A stretch of DNA of 64,000 nt, taken from assembly GCA_041648575.1 (NCBI GenBank), contig JBAZOT010000006.1, positions 11,893 to 75,892 on the forward strand, given 5' to 3'. Below, piece after piece: positions 29,985-37,816 of the stretch (positions are counted from its first letter, which is position 1; every line of letters starts with the position of its first letter). The notes under the pieces are model-generated. The model saw only the letters and a list, made by a program, of their open reading frames with translations. It had not been told where the DNA came from and did no database searches. The translations under genes were made by a program, and so were the position numbers. This DNA is from Patescibacteria group bacterium. Its GTDB lineage: Bacteria; Patescibacteriota; Patescibacteriia; Veblenbacterales; UBA10138.

Positions 29985-30158
29985 CAAAAACCACCCTCAT
30001 CCCTCATCGGGTGGTTGAAAGTTGCCTTCAGGGCATCGTAGAGCCTGCCTGCCGGTAGGCAGGGATGTTAGAACTAGGATTAGAGAAGCGGGAGTGGTAT
30101 ATATACCTGACTTAAGGACTTAAAACTTACCCCACCCTGCTACTCACTATTGTTTTGT
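29985..30158 (-). repeat. Cassette-array repeat R3 (carries a 21-bp REP-like hairpin insertion)
   Basis: Modules A (ACCACCCTCATCCCTCATCGGGTGGT), B (TTGCCTTCAGGGCATCGTAGAG[CCTGCCTGCCGGTAGGCAGGG]ATGTTAGAAC), D (ACCTGACTTAAGGAC), E (TACCCCACCCTGCTACTCACTATTGTTTTG). Confidence 0.6.
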
Positions 30159-30206
30159 TATGGCAACACTGAAGAAGTGATAAAATCATATTAATTGTTC
30201 TTAATA

Positions 30207-31217
30207 TTAATTATTCGGAATTAGTACGTTTTCGTAAGCGATAAACTTCGGTTTTATATCTTCTTCATAATTCCAAGTATCAGATTGCACATCAACATTT
30301 CTATCTGAAACTATTATAGGATAGCCACTTTGTGTTTTCGTTTTGTCATATATCCCAATTATAATCTGATTACCATTTACTTTTATATTATACTCAGCAT
30401 TTTGTCCCATTCCGAATGTTATATTGGAAATCAACCATTGGTTTTCCTTAACCACAAAAAGATTATTTTTAGAATCAGTTTCTAAATTAATAATATATAC
30501 ACCATTCATATCCCATTTAATTAATCTTTTACCATCCGCAAGAATCTTGTAGCTATCACTAGCCCAACCACGATATAAATCATACGTTGCAATAAAATTA
30601 CTCACAGCTAGCTCTTTTATTGTTAAATTAGATAAATCTAGACTATAAATTGCATTAATTCCCGAATATGGCACGTCGCTTTCCAAGTGATAAGCAGTTT
30701 TGAAATATAAATATTTTCCATCAGATGGAGCAGAAAACAGTTCTATATACATTGCACAACTGGGTTTCTCTTTTTCACCAGAGGAAATTAATTGTAATAA
30801 ACTAGGAATTAAAATTTCAGTTTTATTTTTTACCAGTTTCGTGTCCTCAGCGTCACTCCAATAATCTTCATAACAAGATTTATCTAGTTGATTATAGATC
30901 GGGGATTGTTTCAATGGATAATTGATTAAGGAATAATCTTTTAGATTAATATCACTTACATTATTACATTTTTCCTCCCAAACCCTTAAACACTTCTGTT
31001 TTTGTTCACACCAAGAATAACCAGCTGAGCCAATACAGCCATGTTCATCCTCATTATTACCAACTAATGGTTGATTTGTATTGGAGCTAACATTAACTGA
31101 AGTATTATTATCATTTTGTTTAACTGGCTTTTGTTGAGTTGGTGTTTTAGAGCAACTAGCCCCAAGCAACATAACACCGAGTAGTAATATACTGAAGGTT
31201 ACTATTGATTTTTTCAT
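30207..31217 (-). CDS. Lipoprotein of unknown function, cassette 5
   Basis: Signal peptide with lipobox LLGASC. 336 aa, N/S/T-rich. Confidence 0.4.
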   Translation of the reverse strand: MKKSIVTFSILLLGVMLLGASCSKTPTQQKPVKQNDNNTSVNVSSNTNQPLVGNNEDEHGCIGSAGYSWCEQKQKCLRVWEEKCNNVSDINLKDYSLINYPLKQSPIYNQLDKSCYEDYWSDAEDTKLVKNKTEILIPSLLQLISSGEKEKPSCAMYIELFSAPSDGKYLYFKTAYHLESDVPYSGINAIYSLDLSNLTIKELAVSNFIATYDLYRGWASDSYKILADGKRLIKWDMNGVYIINLETDSKNNLFVVKENQWLISNITFGMGQNAEYNIKVNGNQIIIGIYDKTKTQSGYPIIVSDRNVDVQSDTWNYEEDIKPKFIAYENVLIPNN

Positions 31218-31267
31218 AACAAATATAGAATTATTATTTAATACTTTAATTATACCCCTTACTATAA

Positions 31268-31455
31268 CTAAAAACCACCCCCATCGGATGGTTTAAAAGG
31301 TGCCTTCAGGGGCTAGTGGAGGACGTTAGAACCAGGATTGTGGCCAAAGAGATAGCCTTAGCTTAGTTACCCCACCCCTCGAACCACTATTGTTTTAGGA
31401 ATAAAAAAGAGAACACTATCAATTAGTGACAATGCCCTCTGAATTGTTTGTTAAA
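31268..31455 (-). repeat. Cassette-array repeat R4
   Basis: Modules A, B (GTGCCTTCAGGGGCTAGTGGAGGACGTTAGAACC), E (TACCCCACCCCTCGAACCACTATTGTTTTAGG), F (AATAAAAAAGAGAACACTATCAATTAGTGACAATGCCCTCTGAATTGTTTGTT). Confidence 0.6.
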
Positions 31456-31481
31456 GAATAATTGTTACAAAACCGCTCGTT

Positions 31482-32321
31482 CTATTTAAGAAAACGAGGT
31501 ACTGCTATTGGTTCATCTTCTGAACTTCTGGCCACAAGGAATATAAGTGAGGCGTTAGCGGCACCAAGGTTGGGAAGAAGTATTAGTTCGTTTCTTTCAC
31601 CAAGTCCACTTCCACCAAGTAGTAGGTACGCATGACATGTACTATTGAAGGATTTATCCATGCCTATCCTCAAGGCTTGATAACCAGCAATAAAGACAAC
31701 TGGAACATGGCTGTCATGCATCCGTTGCTGCCACTTAGGAAAGTATGATGCTGCCCAAAGTACTGCCGAGCTTGGAACTATAGAGGGATCCATTGCTTCC
31801 AAGGGATCTACGCCCCAATTGTCTAGTCGGGTGTTATTTGCGGGATCATAGAACGAAGCCATCGCGTTTATTATTTTACTCAGCTTTTCAGGTTCTTCAG
31901 ATACACTGACATCACCTTGATTCCACATGTGTGCGAGATCAATAATCCGCCAGCTCAACCCACGGCGGTGGGTAAGCCCAGGCCGTAAGCGCAGGTGAGA
32001 CTTGTCGAATGACAACTCGGGCTGGCGGTAATACTTCGGCTGTACCGCCGCGGCAAAAAGGCTTGCCTCCTCAACCGTCTCCCGCACATTGTCCAACATC
32101 ACATCAAGCACTACCGCAGCCAGCATACCAGGTACGTGTGGCCATGGTGGTGGCGCCCCCAGTGCTTTGAAATCTGCCTCAGTGAAACCCCAACCACGTT
32201 CACGGTTTCGTTCTCGCACGATATACAGCTGTACCTCTTGTGGGGTTATATTCGGAAAGTTGTCAGTTGGTACCAACAGCGCCTGCCGCTCCTCATTTAT
32301 GTTGTGTTCATACTTTTTCAT
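31482..32321 (-). CDS. Hypothetical protein, cassette 6 (visibly GC-richer than its surroundings)
   Basis: 279-aa ORF, R/P/W-rich composition atypical for this genome. No motif recognised. Confidence 0.35.
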   Translation of the reverse strand: MKKYEHNINEERQALLVPTDNFPNITPQEVQLYIVRERNRERGWGFTEADFKALGAPPPWPHVPGMLAAVVLDVMLDNVRETVEEASLFAAAVQPKYYRQPELSFDKSHLRLRPGLTHRRGLSWRIIDLAHMWNQGDVSVSEEPEKLSKIINAMASFYDPANNTRLDNWGVDPLEAMDPSIVPSSAVLWAASYFPKWQQRMHDSHVPVVFIAGYQALRIGMDKSFNSTCHAYLLLGGSGLGERNELILLPNLGAANASLIFLVARSSEDEPIAVPRFLK

Positions 32322-32526
32322 GATTTTACCTCTTTATTTTTTGTTACATTATGATATAAGCCAACAAAAACAAGCAAATAGTCTGCTTGTGACTGTTTGT
32401 AAAAGAGCTACTTCCTTTGTATTACAGTTTACACTATCTTACCACCGAATGGCGGTTTGTCAATGTCTTGAAACCACATACAAATAAAATGATTCGTAAA
32501 CCAAAAATCACTCAAACGAACGGTTA

Positions 32527-32722
32527 AAAGATAATGGCTCCGCATCGTGCCTGCCCGCCTTGGGTGGGGACGACGTTAGAACCAAGATTATGGAAGCTGG
32601 GGAGGTTTATATGCCTGATTTAAGGACATACTTCCAGTTTGTAGTCTACCCCACCCCATGAACCACTATTGTTTTAGGAATAAAAAAGAGGACACTATCA
32701 ATTGGTGACAATGTCCTCCGAA
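32527..32722 (-). repeat. Cassette-array repeat R5
   Basis: B (CCTTGGGTGGGGACGACGTTAGAACC), D (CCTGATTTAAGGAC), E (TACCCCACCCCATGAACCACTATTGTTTTAGG), F (AATAAAAAAGAGGACACTATCAATTGGTGACAATGTCCTCCGAATTGTTTGTTG). Confidence 0.6.
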
Positions 32723-32743
32723 TTGTTTGTTGTTTATTTACTA

Positions 32744-33427
32744 TCAATTGGCAAGCTTAACGGCAACGAAAAGAGTATTACGATACCACCGACTCTTATC
32801 ATTAATCTTTTCCAAACCAATATAACGCCTTGTAGTAGTTGCCCACAAAAAGCAGACGCGTTTCGAACCATCTTGCTGCCGCGACATTGTGCCAAGCCCG
32901 GCTACGGAGTATCCCCTTTGAATATCGGGAAATCTTGCTCCAAAGGCCAGAAGTTCCGGCAGTTCTGCAGGACGAAGATTACGTTTTACCAGCTCAGCAA
33001 TAACATCTTTAATGGTTGGAAATAACGACGGGTCATTAAAAAGAACGGGAATAATATACACCTCGGCCTTACCTTGACGTGTGGCAGGGAAATTTTCATC
33101 TGTGATAGTAGGGTCTACGCCGTCATATTTTCCCGCCAAGACTGCCTCTGCTGTAGATAGATCGTAGTTTACTGATACGGTTACTCCTGTTTCGGCTATC
33201 TGTTTTGCTTTTCGTAATCCTTCCTCCTGAAGCGCCCGCCCCTGATCTATACCCTCTTGGATTTTTCGCGTTTTACCCGCATCGTCAACCATTTTTGATA
33301 TTGCCATTACCAACAATAGGATTACGAATAGCCCCCTTCCCCAATCCGTACTGAGTATGGCGATAATTATCATAAGTGCCATGTATCCAAAAAATGCTAT
33401 CAGCAAAGCTATGACTATAATCTCCAT
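32744..33427 (-). CDS. Hypothetical protein with two N-terminal TM helices, cassette 7 (GC-richer)
   Basis: 227 aa. No motif recognised. Confidence 0.35.
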   Translation of the reverse strand: MEIIVIALLIAFFGYMALMIIIAILSTDWGRGLFVILLLVMAISKMVDDAGKTRKIQEGIDQGRALQEEGLRKAKQIAETGVTVSVNYDLSTAEAVLAGKYDGVDPTITDENFPATRQGKAEVYIIPVLFNDPSLFPTIKDVIAELVKRNLRPAELPELLAFGARFPDIQRGYSVAGLGTMSRQQDGSKRVCFLWATTTRRYIGLEKINDKSRWYRNTLFVAVKLAN

Positions 33428-33552
33428 GACGCTACTCCTTTCTATTAAGGTACTGTTATTTTATATTGGTATTTACCTAATTTATATTTAGGTTGATTTT
33501 AATTCTGCTTTATCATTAGCATAATATCCATAATTTGTCCATAGCATCATAT

Positions 33553-33710
33553 ACCAAAAACCACCTTCATCAGGTGGTTTAAAAGTGCCTTCAGGGCATC
33601 GTGGAGGATGTTAGAACTGTAATTCGGGGACAAAAGAGGTGTATTTATGTCCCTGATTTGAGACTGGATCGGAATATACAAACTTGGAATTTAGATTAAG
33701 GGGGGTGGCT
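33553..33710 (-). repeat. Cassette-array repeat R6
   Basis: A (ACCACCTTCATCAGGTGGT, perfect), B (GTGCCTTCAGGGCATCGTGGAGGATGTTAGAAC), D-like (CCCTGATTTGAGAC), inverted E-like (AAGGGGGGTGG). Confidence 0.6.
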
Positions 33711-33809
33711 TATTCTTGACAGAACAGTTATGAAGTATTAAGGTTATCACAAACAAACTAAAGTTATTTTAATGAACCCGTCCACGAGGATTCGTGGTAA
33801 AAAAGATTT

Positions 33810-34184
33810 TTGAAAGGAAGTAATATGGCAAAAAGTCAAGATGCTACTGAGCGTGAAGATAGGTTTATGAAGTTATTTGAAATGGTTCAGCCGGCTTTAA
33901 TTCCGCCACAAAATATGCAGACTAAGCAACTTATTGAAAAGACCTATGATATTATACAGAAGCTCCAACGCAGACTTCAATGTGTCTTTAACATTTCACA
34001 AGAAAAAAATGAACAAATTTTTCTTGCTTGGTATATCGGAGAACTACAACGGCTTAATTTGGAGATGAAGAAGAACAAATATGCGATATACAAAGCTTTT
34101 CCTTTCTGCGCCGCCTTGAGCCAAGCAATTAAGATTTACGAAGACGCATTCAAAGTTGATGAATATACTGAAGAGCCCACCTAA
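33810..34184 (+). CDS. Hypothetical protein, cassette 8 (plus strand)
   Basis: 124-aa ORF preceded by AGGAAG-like RBS. Confidence 0.3.
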   Translation: MKGSNMAKSQDATEREDRFMKLFEMVQPALIPPQNMQTKQLIEKTYDIIQKLQRRLQCVFNISQEKNEQIFLAWYIGELQRLNLEMKKNKYAIYKAFPFCAALSQAIKIYEDAFKVDEYTEEPT

Positions 34185-34257
34185 TGGCGCAAATAATTTC
34201 CTTTTTGTTCCCAAATAAAGCTCATTAACAACAATAAGTTAATGAGCTTTTCTTTAT

Positions 34258-34325
34258 CCAAAAACCGCCCTCATCGGATGGTTTAAAAGGTGCCTTCAGG
34301 GGCGGTAGGAATCCTTTTCCCCCAA
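34258..34325 (-). repeat. Cassette-array repeat R7 (near-perfect 17-nt copy of the tRNA-Trp 3' end; att-like)
   Basis: CAGGGGCGGTAGGAATC at 34297-34313 is identical to tRNA-Trp gene positions 34484-34500. Preceded by the A-type hairpin ACCGCCCTCATCGGATGGT. Confidence 0.65.
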
Positions 34326-34479
34326 AATTTAGCAACGCTTTGGCGTAAGCTAAATTTTTCCTCCAAAGCCCGGGTGTTCAAAAACGTAAAGCAGTTTACA
34401 TTTTTGAACTACCCTTCGATTCCTACCTCCGCCACAAACAAGAAAAGAGCATTCCCGAAAAATCGGAACTGCTCTTTTC

Positions 34480-34553
34480 TGGCAGGGGCGGTAGGAATCG
34501 AACCCACGCTAGAGGTTTTGGAGACCCCTGTACTACCATTATACGACGCCCCC
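34480..34553 (-). tRNA. tRNA-Trp (anticodon CCA), CCA encoded
   Basis: Acceptor GGGGGCG/CGCCCCT, anticodon stem GGGGT/ACCTC, loop CTCCAAA, T-arm GTGGG-TTCGATT-CCTAC, 74 nt. Confidence 0.85.
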
Positions 34554-34578
34554 ACAATCCGCCCGGGGCGGATTTAAG

Positions 34579-34734
34579 CTACTTGGTTTCTTTGTGCGGT
34601 GTATGTTTTTTACACCACTTGCAGTGTTTCTTGGTTTCTAATCTAGTCTTTACTTTCTTCTTGTTCCGATAAGTATGATGCGTAATTTGATGACATTCAC
34701 TGCACTCAAGTTTGATTAAGTTATCTTGTGACAT
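34579..34734 (-). CDS. rpmG: 50S ribosomal protein L33
   Basis: MSQDNLIKLECSECHQITHHTYRNKKKVKTRLETKKHCKWCKKHTPHKETK: C4 zinc-ribbon spacing and the HKE.K ending of L33. Start taken at the internal ATG (34734) rather than the ORF-track ATG at 34809. Confidence 0.85.
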   Translation of the reverse strand: MSQDNLIKLECSECHQITHHTYRNKKKVKTRLETKKHCKWCKKHTPHKETK

Positions 34735-34817
34735 ATATTTAGAGTCTAGAATTAAGAATAATGAATTATGAATTTTTTGCTGGCCGGTCACGTAGCGTGG
34801 CGATAGCAAATTTTATG

Positions 34818-34892
34818 TGGAGCCACCTCTCGGATTTGAACCGAGGACCTACAGTTTACAAAACTGTTGCTCTACCACTGAGCTAAGGTGGC
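34818..34892 (-). tRNA. tRNA-Thr (anticodon TGT), CCA encoded
   Basis: Acceptor GCCACCT/AGGTGGC, D GCTC/GAGC, anticodon stem ACAGT/ACTGT, loop TTTGTAA, T-arm CTCGG-TTCAAAT-CCGAG. Confidence 0.85.
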
Positions 34893-34945
34893 GCTGATAA
34901 TTAAAGAGGGTGGCATACCAAAACTGTAGAGAAGCATCTAGTTTA

Positions 34946-35031
34946 TGGTGGGTGGAGTAGGATTCGAACCTACGAAGGCCGGAGCCAGCAGATTTACAGT
35001 CTGCCCCGTTTGACCGCTTCGGTATCCACCC
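34946..35031 (-). tRNA. tRNA-Tyr (anticodon GTA), long variable arm, CCA encoded
   Basis: Acceptor GGGTGGA/TCCACCC, anticodon stem GCAGA/TCTGC, loop CTGTAAA, variable arm TGGCTCCGGCCTTCG, T-arm GTAGG-TTCGAAT-CCTAC. Confidence 0.85.
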
Positions 35032-35045
35032 ATATTTTATAAAAA

Positions 35046-35282
35046 CTATATTAATTTTTTAAATGCCTCGCCTCCTTTATATGATTTGATCTGCAACTCT
35101 CTTTTATAGGCTTCTGATTTTGAATTAAATTTTTCAATGTATATTACTCGCCACGGAATTCCACTTTTAGTCGATCTAACTAATCCTTTATTATGTCTAG
35201 ACAATCTTTGCTCTAAATTTTCTGTATGACCAATATAGTACTTTTGGTTAGTTTGACTCTGCAATATGTAAGTAATATACAT
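35046..35282 (-). CDS. Small stand-alone GIY-YIG nuclease domain protein
   Basis: MYITYILQSQTNQKYYIGHTENLEQRLSRHN...(GIY-YIG ... R ... E core). Start placed at the internal Met because the ORF-track N-terminal extension (to 35348) is translated from a tRNA-derived fragment. Confidence 0.7.
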   Translation of the reverse strand: MYITYILQSQTNQKYYIGHTENLEQRLSRHNKGLVRSTKSGIPWRVIYIEKFNSKSEAYKRELQIKSYKGGEAFKKLI

Positions 35283-35321
35283 AATCCAACTACGGAGATT
35301 TATGCCGCCTCTGGCGGGGTG

Positions 35322-35379
35322 GCAGTCTGCCCCAGCTTGTCCCGCCACCGGCGGGATTTGACCGCTTCGGTATCCACCC
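35322..35379 (-). pseudogene. Duplicated 5' half of tRNA-Tyr (positions about 1-34) with a 24-nt hairpin insertion
   Basis: 35357-35379 is identical to 35009-35031 (tRNA-Tyr 5' 23 nt). CAGTCTGCCCC repeated at 35323-35333 and 34998-35008. The copy diverges exactly at anticodon position 34/35. Confidence 0.5.
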
Positions 35380-35671
35380 GTGAACTAATCACTCGCTTCG
35401 CTCGTTCTAATTCACGGCACGCCTAAACTGCAAGTGAGGCTGCGCCATGTACCCGAACGAAGTGAGTGGTACGTGGAGCTGTTACACGCCTGTCCGCCTT
35501 TAGCGGAGATTTGAACCCTGAACCAGACGTCGCTACACTCCATCGGTACAGGGCGGACCGCGGACCCTTTGCCCAGTACTGTGCTTTGCTCTAGTACTGG
35601 GTACTCCTTACCCCAGAAGCAGTCCGCCTTAGGCGGACGCTACTGGGCAAACATGGAGTTCATCTGCCCGG

Positions 35672-35744
35672 AGCCGTTGCGCGGATTTGAACCGCGGACC
35701 TACTCCTTACCATGGAGTTGCTCTACCAACTGAGCTACAACGGC
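35672..35744 (-). tRNA. tRNA-Thr (anticodon GGT), no encoded CCA
   Basis: Acceptor GCCGTTG/CAACGGC, D GCTC/GAGC, anticodon stem ACTCC/GGAGT, loop ATGGTAA, T-arm CGCGG-TTCAAAT-CCGCG. Confidence 0.85.
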
Positions 35745-36028
35745 TCTAGGCAGACGTATCATCCGAATGCTGGAGTTGCTCCCTGCCCCGTATGTAAATG
35801 AGCAAAGCGAATTCTACTGCGGGGTACCAACTGAGCCCTGCCTACCGGCAGGCAGGTACAACGGCCCAACTACGCTTGGATTTATTCCCAAGCTACGATG
35901 GGCGAGTGTACTTTTATACTATTTTTCTCGCCCTCCATAGCTTGAGTGTAACGAAAGTGGCAGAAGGAGCTACATCTACCATGGACAGACGTATCATCCG
36001 TATACCAGAGTTGCTTCTTTTAAATTAA

Positions 36029-37006
36029 TTATTTGGTAACGGTTCTTTTTTTCTTTACTATCCGAGCTATTGGCTGTCCCATAATTTGCTTTAACGAAGA
36101 ACTAATATGGCGTCTGGGTCGTAACTTTTCTACCAATTCTCTAATATTTTTATCAAATTGTGATATCTTATTATTTTGCGGATTTACTTCCCTTAAGACA
36201 TCCAGAGCGCTTTGGGCGTCTGTTGGACGCTCATTTACTATACTGATTTCAATAAAAAAGTCAAGCATACGAGGATTGGTTGGCTCCAGTACCCGCGCTC
36301 GATTAACCGCTTCCCAAGCTTCATTAATTTGCCCCAAGTCTTTATATAATTGTGCTAAATCAAAATAAACTTGACTAGTCCCAGTAGGCTCTTTTTCCAA
36401 ATAATTCAAATATTCTATCTTGGCTGCTTCCAATTGCCCCTGCCCTAATAAAGCCTGAGCCAAACCAATGTGATATAGTGGTTTAGTTTGGTAATGGCTA
36501 ACCAAGTATGTATAAAGCTCTTGCGCTGATTCGTAATCATTATTAGCTAAATAAAGTTTACCCAGCCCTTCGTAGGCTTTGGTTTCTTTGGGCGACTGTC
36601 GAATAATCTCCAAATATAATCTTTCCGCATCATCAAAATTTTCTTTAGTAAGCGCCTCACTGGCTTGCTGATATAAATCGTCCAGTGGTTTTGAACCTTC
36701 AGTTTTGGAAATTATTTTCTGTTTTACCTCATCTTCTAATTCTTTTACCTTTTGCCCTAGCTGGTGGCTATATTTTTTAAATATTTCCTTCAACGGACTA
36801 ATCGCCGTTTGTAAAATAACCTTGAATCCAGAAAACTTACGAATCAACCGCGCTTCAGTTAAATCGGTCTTGACTTGTTGTTGTTTAATATTTACCAAAC
36901 GCTCGGTATCTATCATTTTTAAAACCGGAAATTTTTTAACAAACATCCAAATAATACCTACCAACGAGATTACAGCAATGATTCCTAATATAACATCAAT
37001 GATCAT
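36029..37006 (-). CDS. Membrane-anchored TPR-repeat protein
   Basis: N-terminal TM (ILGIIAVISLVGIIWMFV), several TPR-like A/Y/L-periodic repeats (AYEGLGKLYLANNDYESAQELY...). Confidence 0.55.
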   Translation of the reverse strand: MIIDVILGIIAVISLVGIIWMFVKKFPVLKMIDTERLVNIKQQQVKTDLTEARLIRKFSGFKVILQTAISPLKEIFKKYSHQLGQKVKELEDEVKQKIISKTEGSKPLDDLYQQASEALTKENFDDAERLYLEIIRQSPKETKAYEGLGKLYLANNDYESAQELYTYLVSHYQTKPLYHIGLAQALLGQGQLEAAKIEYLNYLEKEPTGTSQVYFDLAQLYKDLGQINEAWEAVNRARVLEPTNPRMLDFFIEISIVNERPTDAQSALDVLREVNPQNNKISQFDKNIRELVEKLRPRRHISSSLKQIMGQPIARIVKKKRTVTK

Positions 37007-37020
37007 AGACGGTAATAATG

Positions 37021-37797
37021 TTAATCAGCTAATTTTTTTATAATAGAAACAAACCGGCGAGCATCTAAAGACGCGCTACCCACCAATACCCCAGAAACTA
37101 TTTTACTTGGTAAAAAATCAGTAATATTACTGGCGTCCACACTACCGCCGTAAATTATTCTTACTTGATTACTGACCACTGACGGAGACCACATATCATA
37201 TAAAGCCTGAAGAATTACTTGTGCCGTATGCTCGGCCTCTTGCCCAGTAACTGCCTGGCCCGAACCAATCACCCAAACCGGCTCGTAGGCAATAACTAAT
37301 TTGGCTGCTACTTCCAATTGAACACCAGACAAACCATGTTTAACCTGCTGACTAATTATTAAATCTTTATTTCCTTGCTGACGCTCGCTAAAAGTCTCCC
37401 CCACGCACAAAATCGGGGTAAGGCCAGCTGATAAGGCCGACATTACTTTATAATTAATCATTTGATTGGTCTCTTTTAAATAATTGCGCCGTTCGCTGTG
37501 CCCAACAATCACATACTTCACGCCCAATTCTTGCAGCATCACTGCAGATACTTCACCAGTATAAGGACCAGTTGATTTCCAAAATACATCTTGCGCGCCC
37601 AGAGCAATTCCCTGCCCCTTAATTAAATCTCTGGTATTTTTTAAAGCCACAAATGAGGGACAAATCGCAATCTCAAAATCCTTAAGGTAACTACTGGTTC
37701 CTTTGATTAACTCTTTAACTAATTTATCATTTTCAGCCAAAGATAAATTCATTTTCCAATTAGCTAAAATTATTGGCTGCTTATTAAATTTTGGCAT
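37021..37797 (-). CDS. tpiA: Triose-phosphate isomerase
   Basis: ILANWKMN, GAQDVFW..GPYTGEVS, GHSERR, ILCVGET, VIAYEPVWVIGSG. Start placed at MPKFNKQP (37797) to avoid the 30-bp overlap with scpB implied by the ORF-track start. Confidence 0.9.
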   Translation of the reverse strand: MPKFNKQPIILANWKMNLSLAENDKLVKELIKGTSSYLKDFEIAICPSFVALKNTRDLIKGQGIALGAQDVFWKSTGPYTGEVSAVMLQELGVKYVIVGHSERRNYLKETNQMINYKVMSALSAGLTPILCVGETFSERQQGNKDLIISQQVKHGLSGVQLEVAAKLVIAYEPVWVIGSGQAVTGQEAEHTAQVILQALYDMWSPSVVSNQVRIIYGGSVDASNITDFLPSKIVSGVLVGSASLDARRFVSIIKKLAD

Positions 37798-37816
37798 AAG
37801 TTTATTAATTAATGTA

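Noticed and set aside
26762-34325. Integron attC interpretation of the cassette repeats
   Set aside because: No clear R''/L''...L'/R' inverted core pair (only GTTAGAAC, which fails the GTTRRRY Y position), cassette genes in both orientations, and no intI. I kept only the broader tRNA-att / cassette-platform hypothesis.
34290-34577. 95-aa plus-strand ORF
   Set aside because: It overlaps tRNA-Trp and the att-like repeat R7 and is translated through RNA-gene sequence.
35283-35348. N-terminal 22 codons of the ORF-track model for the GIY-YIG gene
   Set aside because: They are translated from the duplicated tRNA-Tyr fragment. The conserved GIY-YIG core begins at the internal Met.
35380-35671. tmRNA (ssrA)
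   Set aside because: A possible tag-like reading frame exists, but no 5' GGGG..acceptor / 3' T-arm-ACCA tRNA-like domain pair could be identified by eye. I left it as unclassified structured DNA.
35798-36028. 76-aa plus-strand ORF
   Set aside because: It lies in the GC-rich tRNA-Thr-fragment/direct-repeat region. Its composition is driven by tRNA-like sequence, with no RBS.
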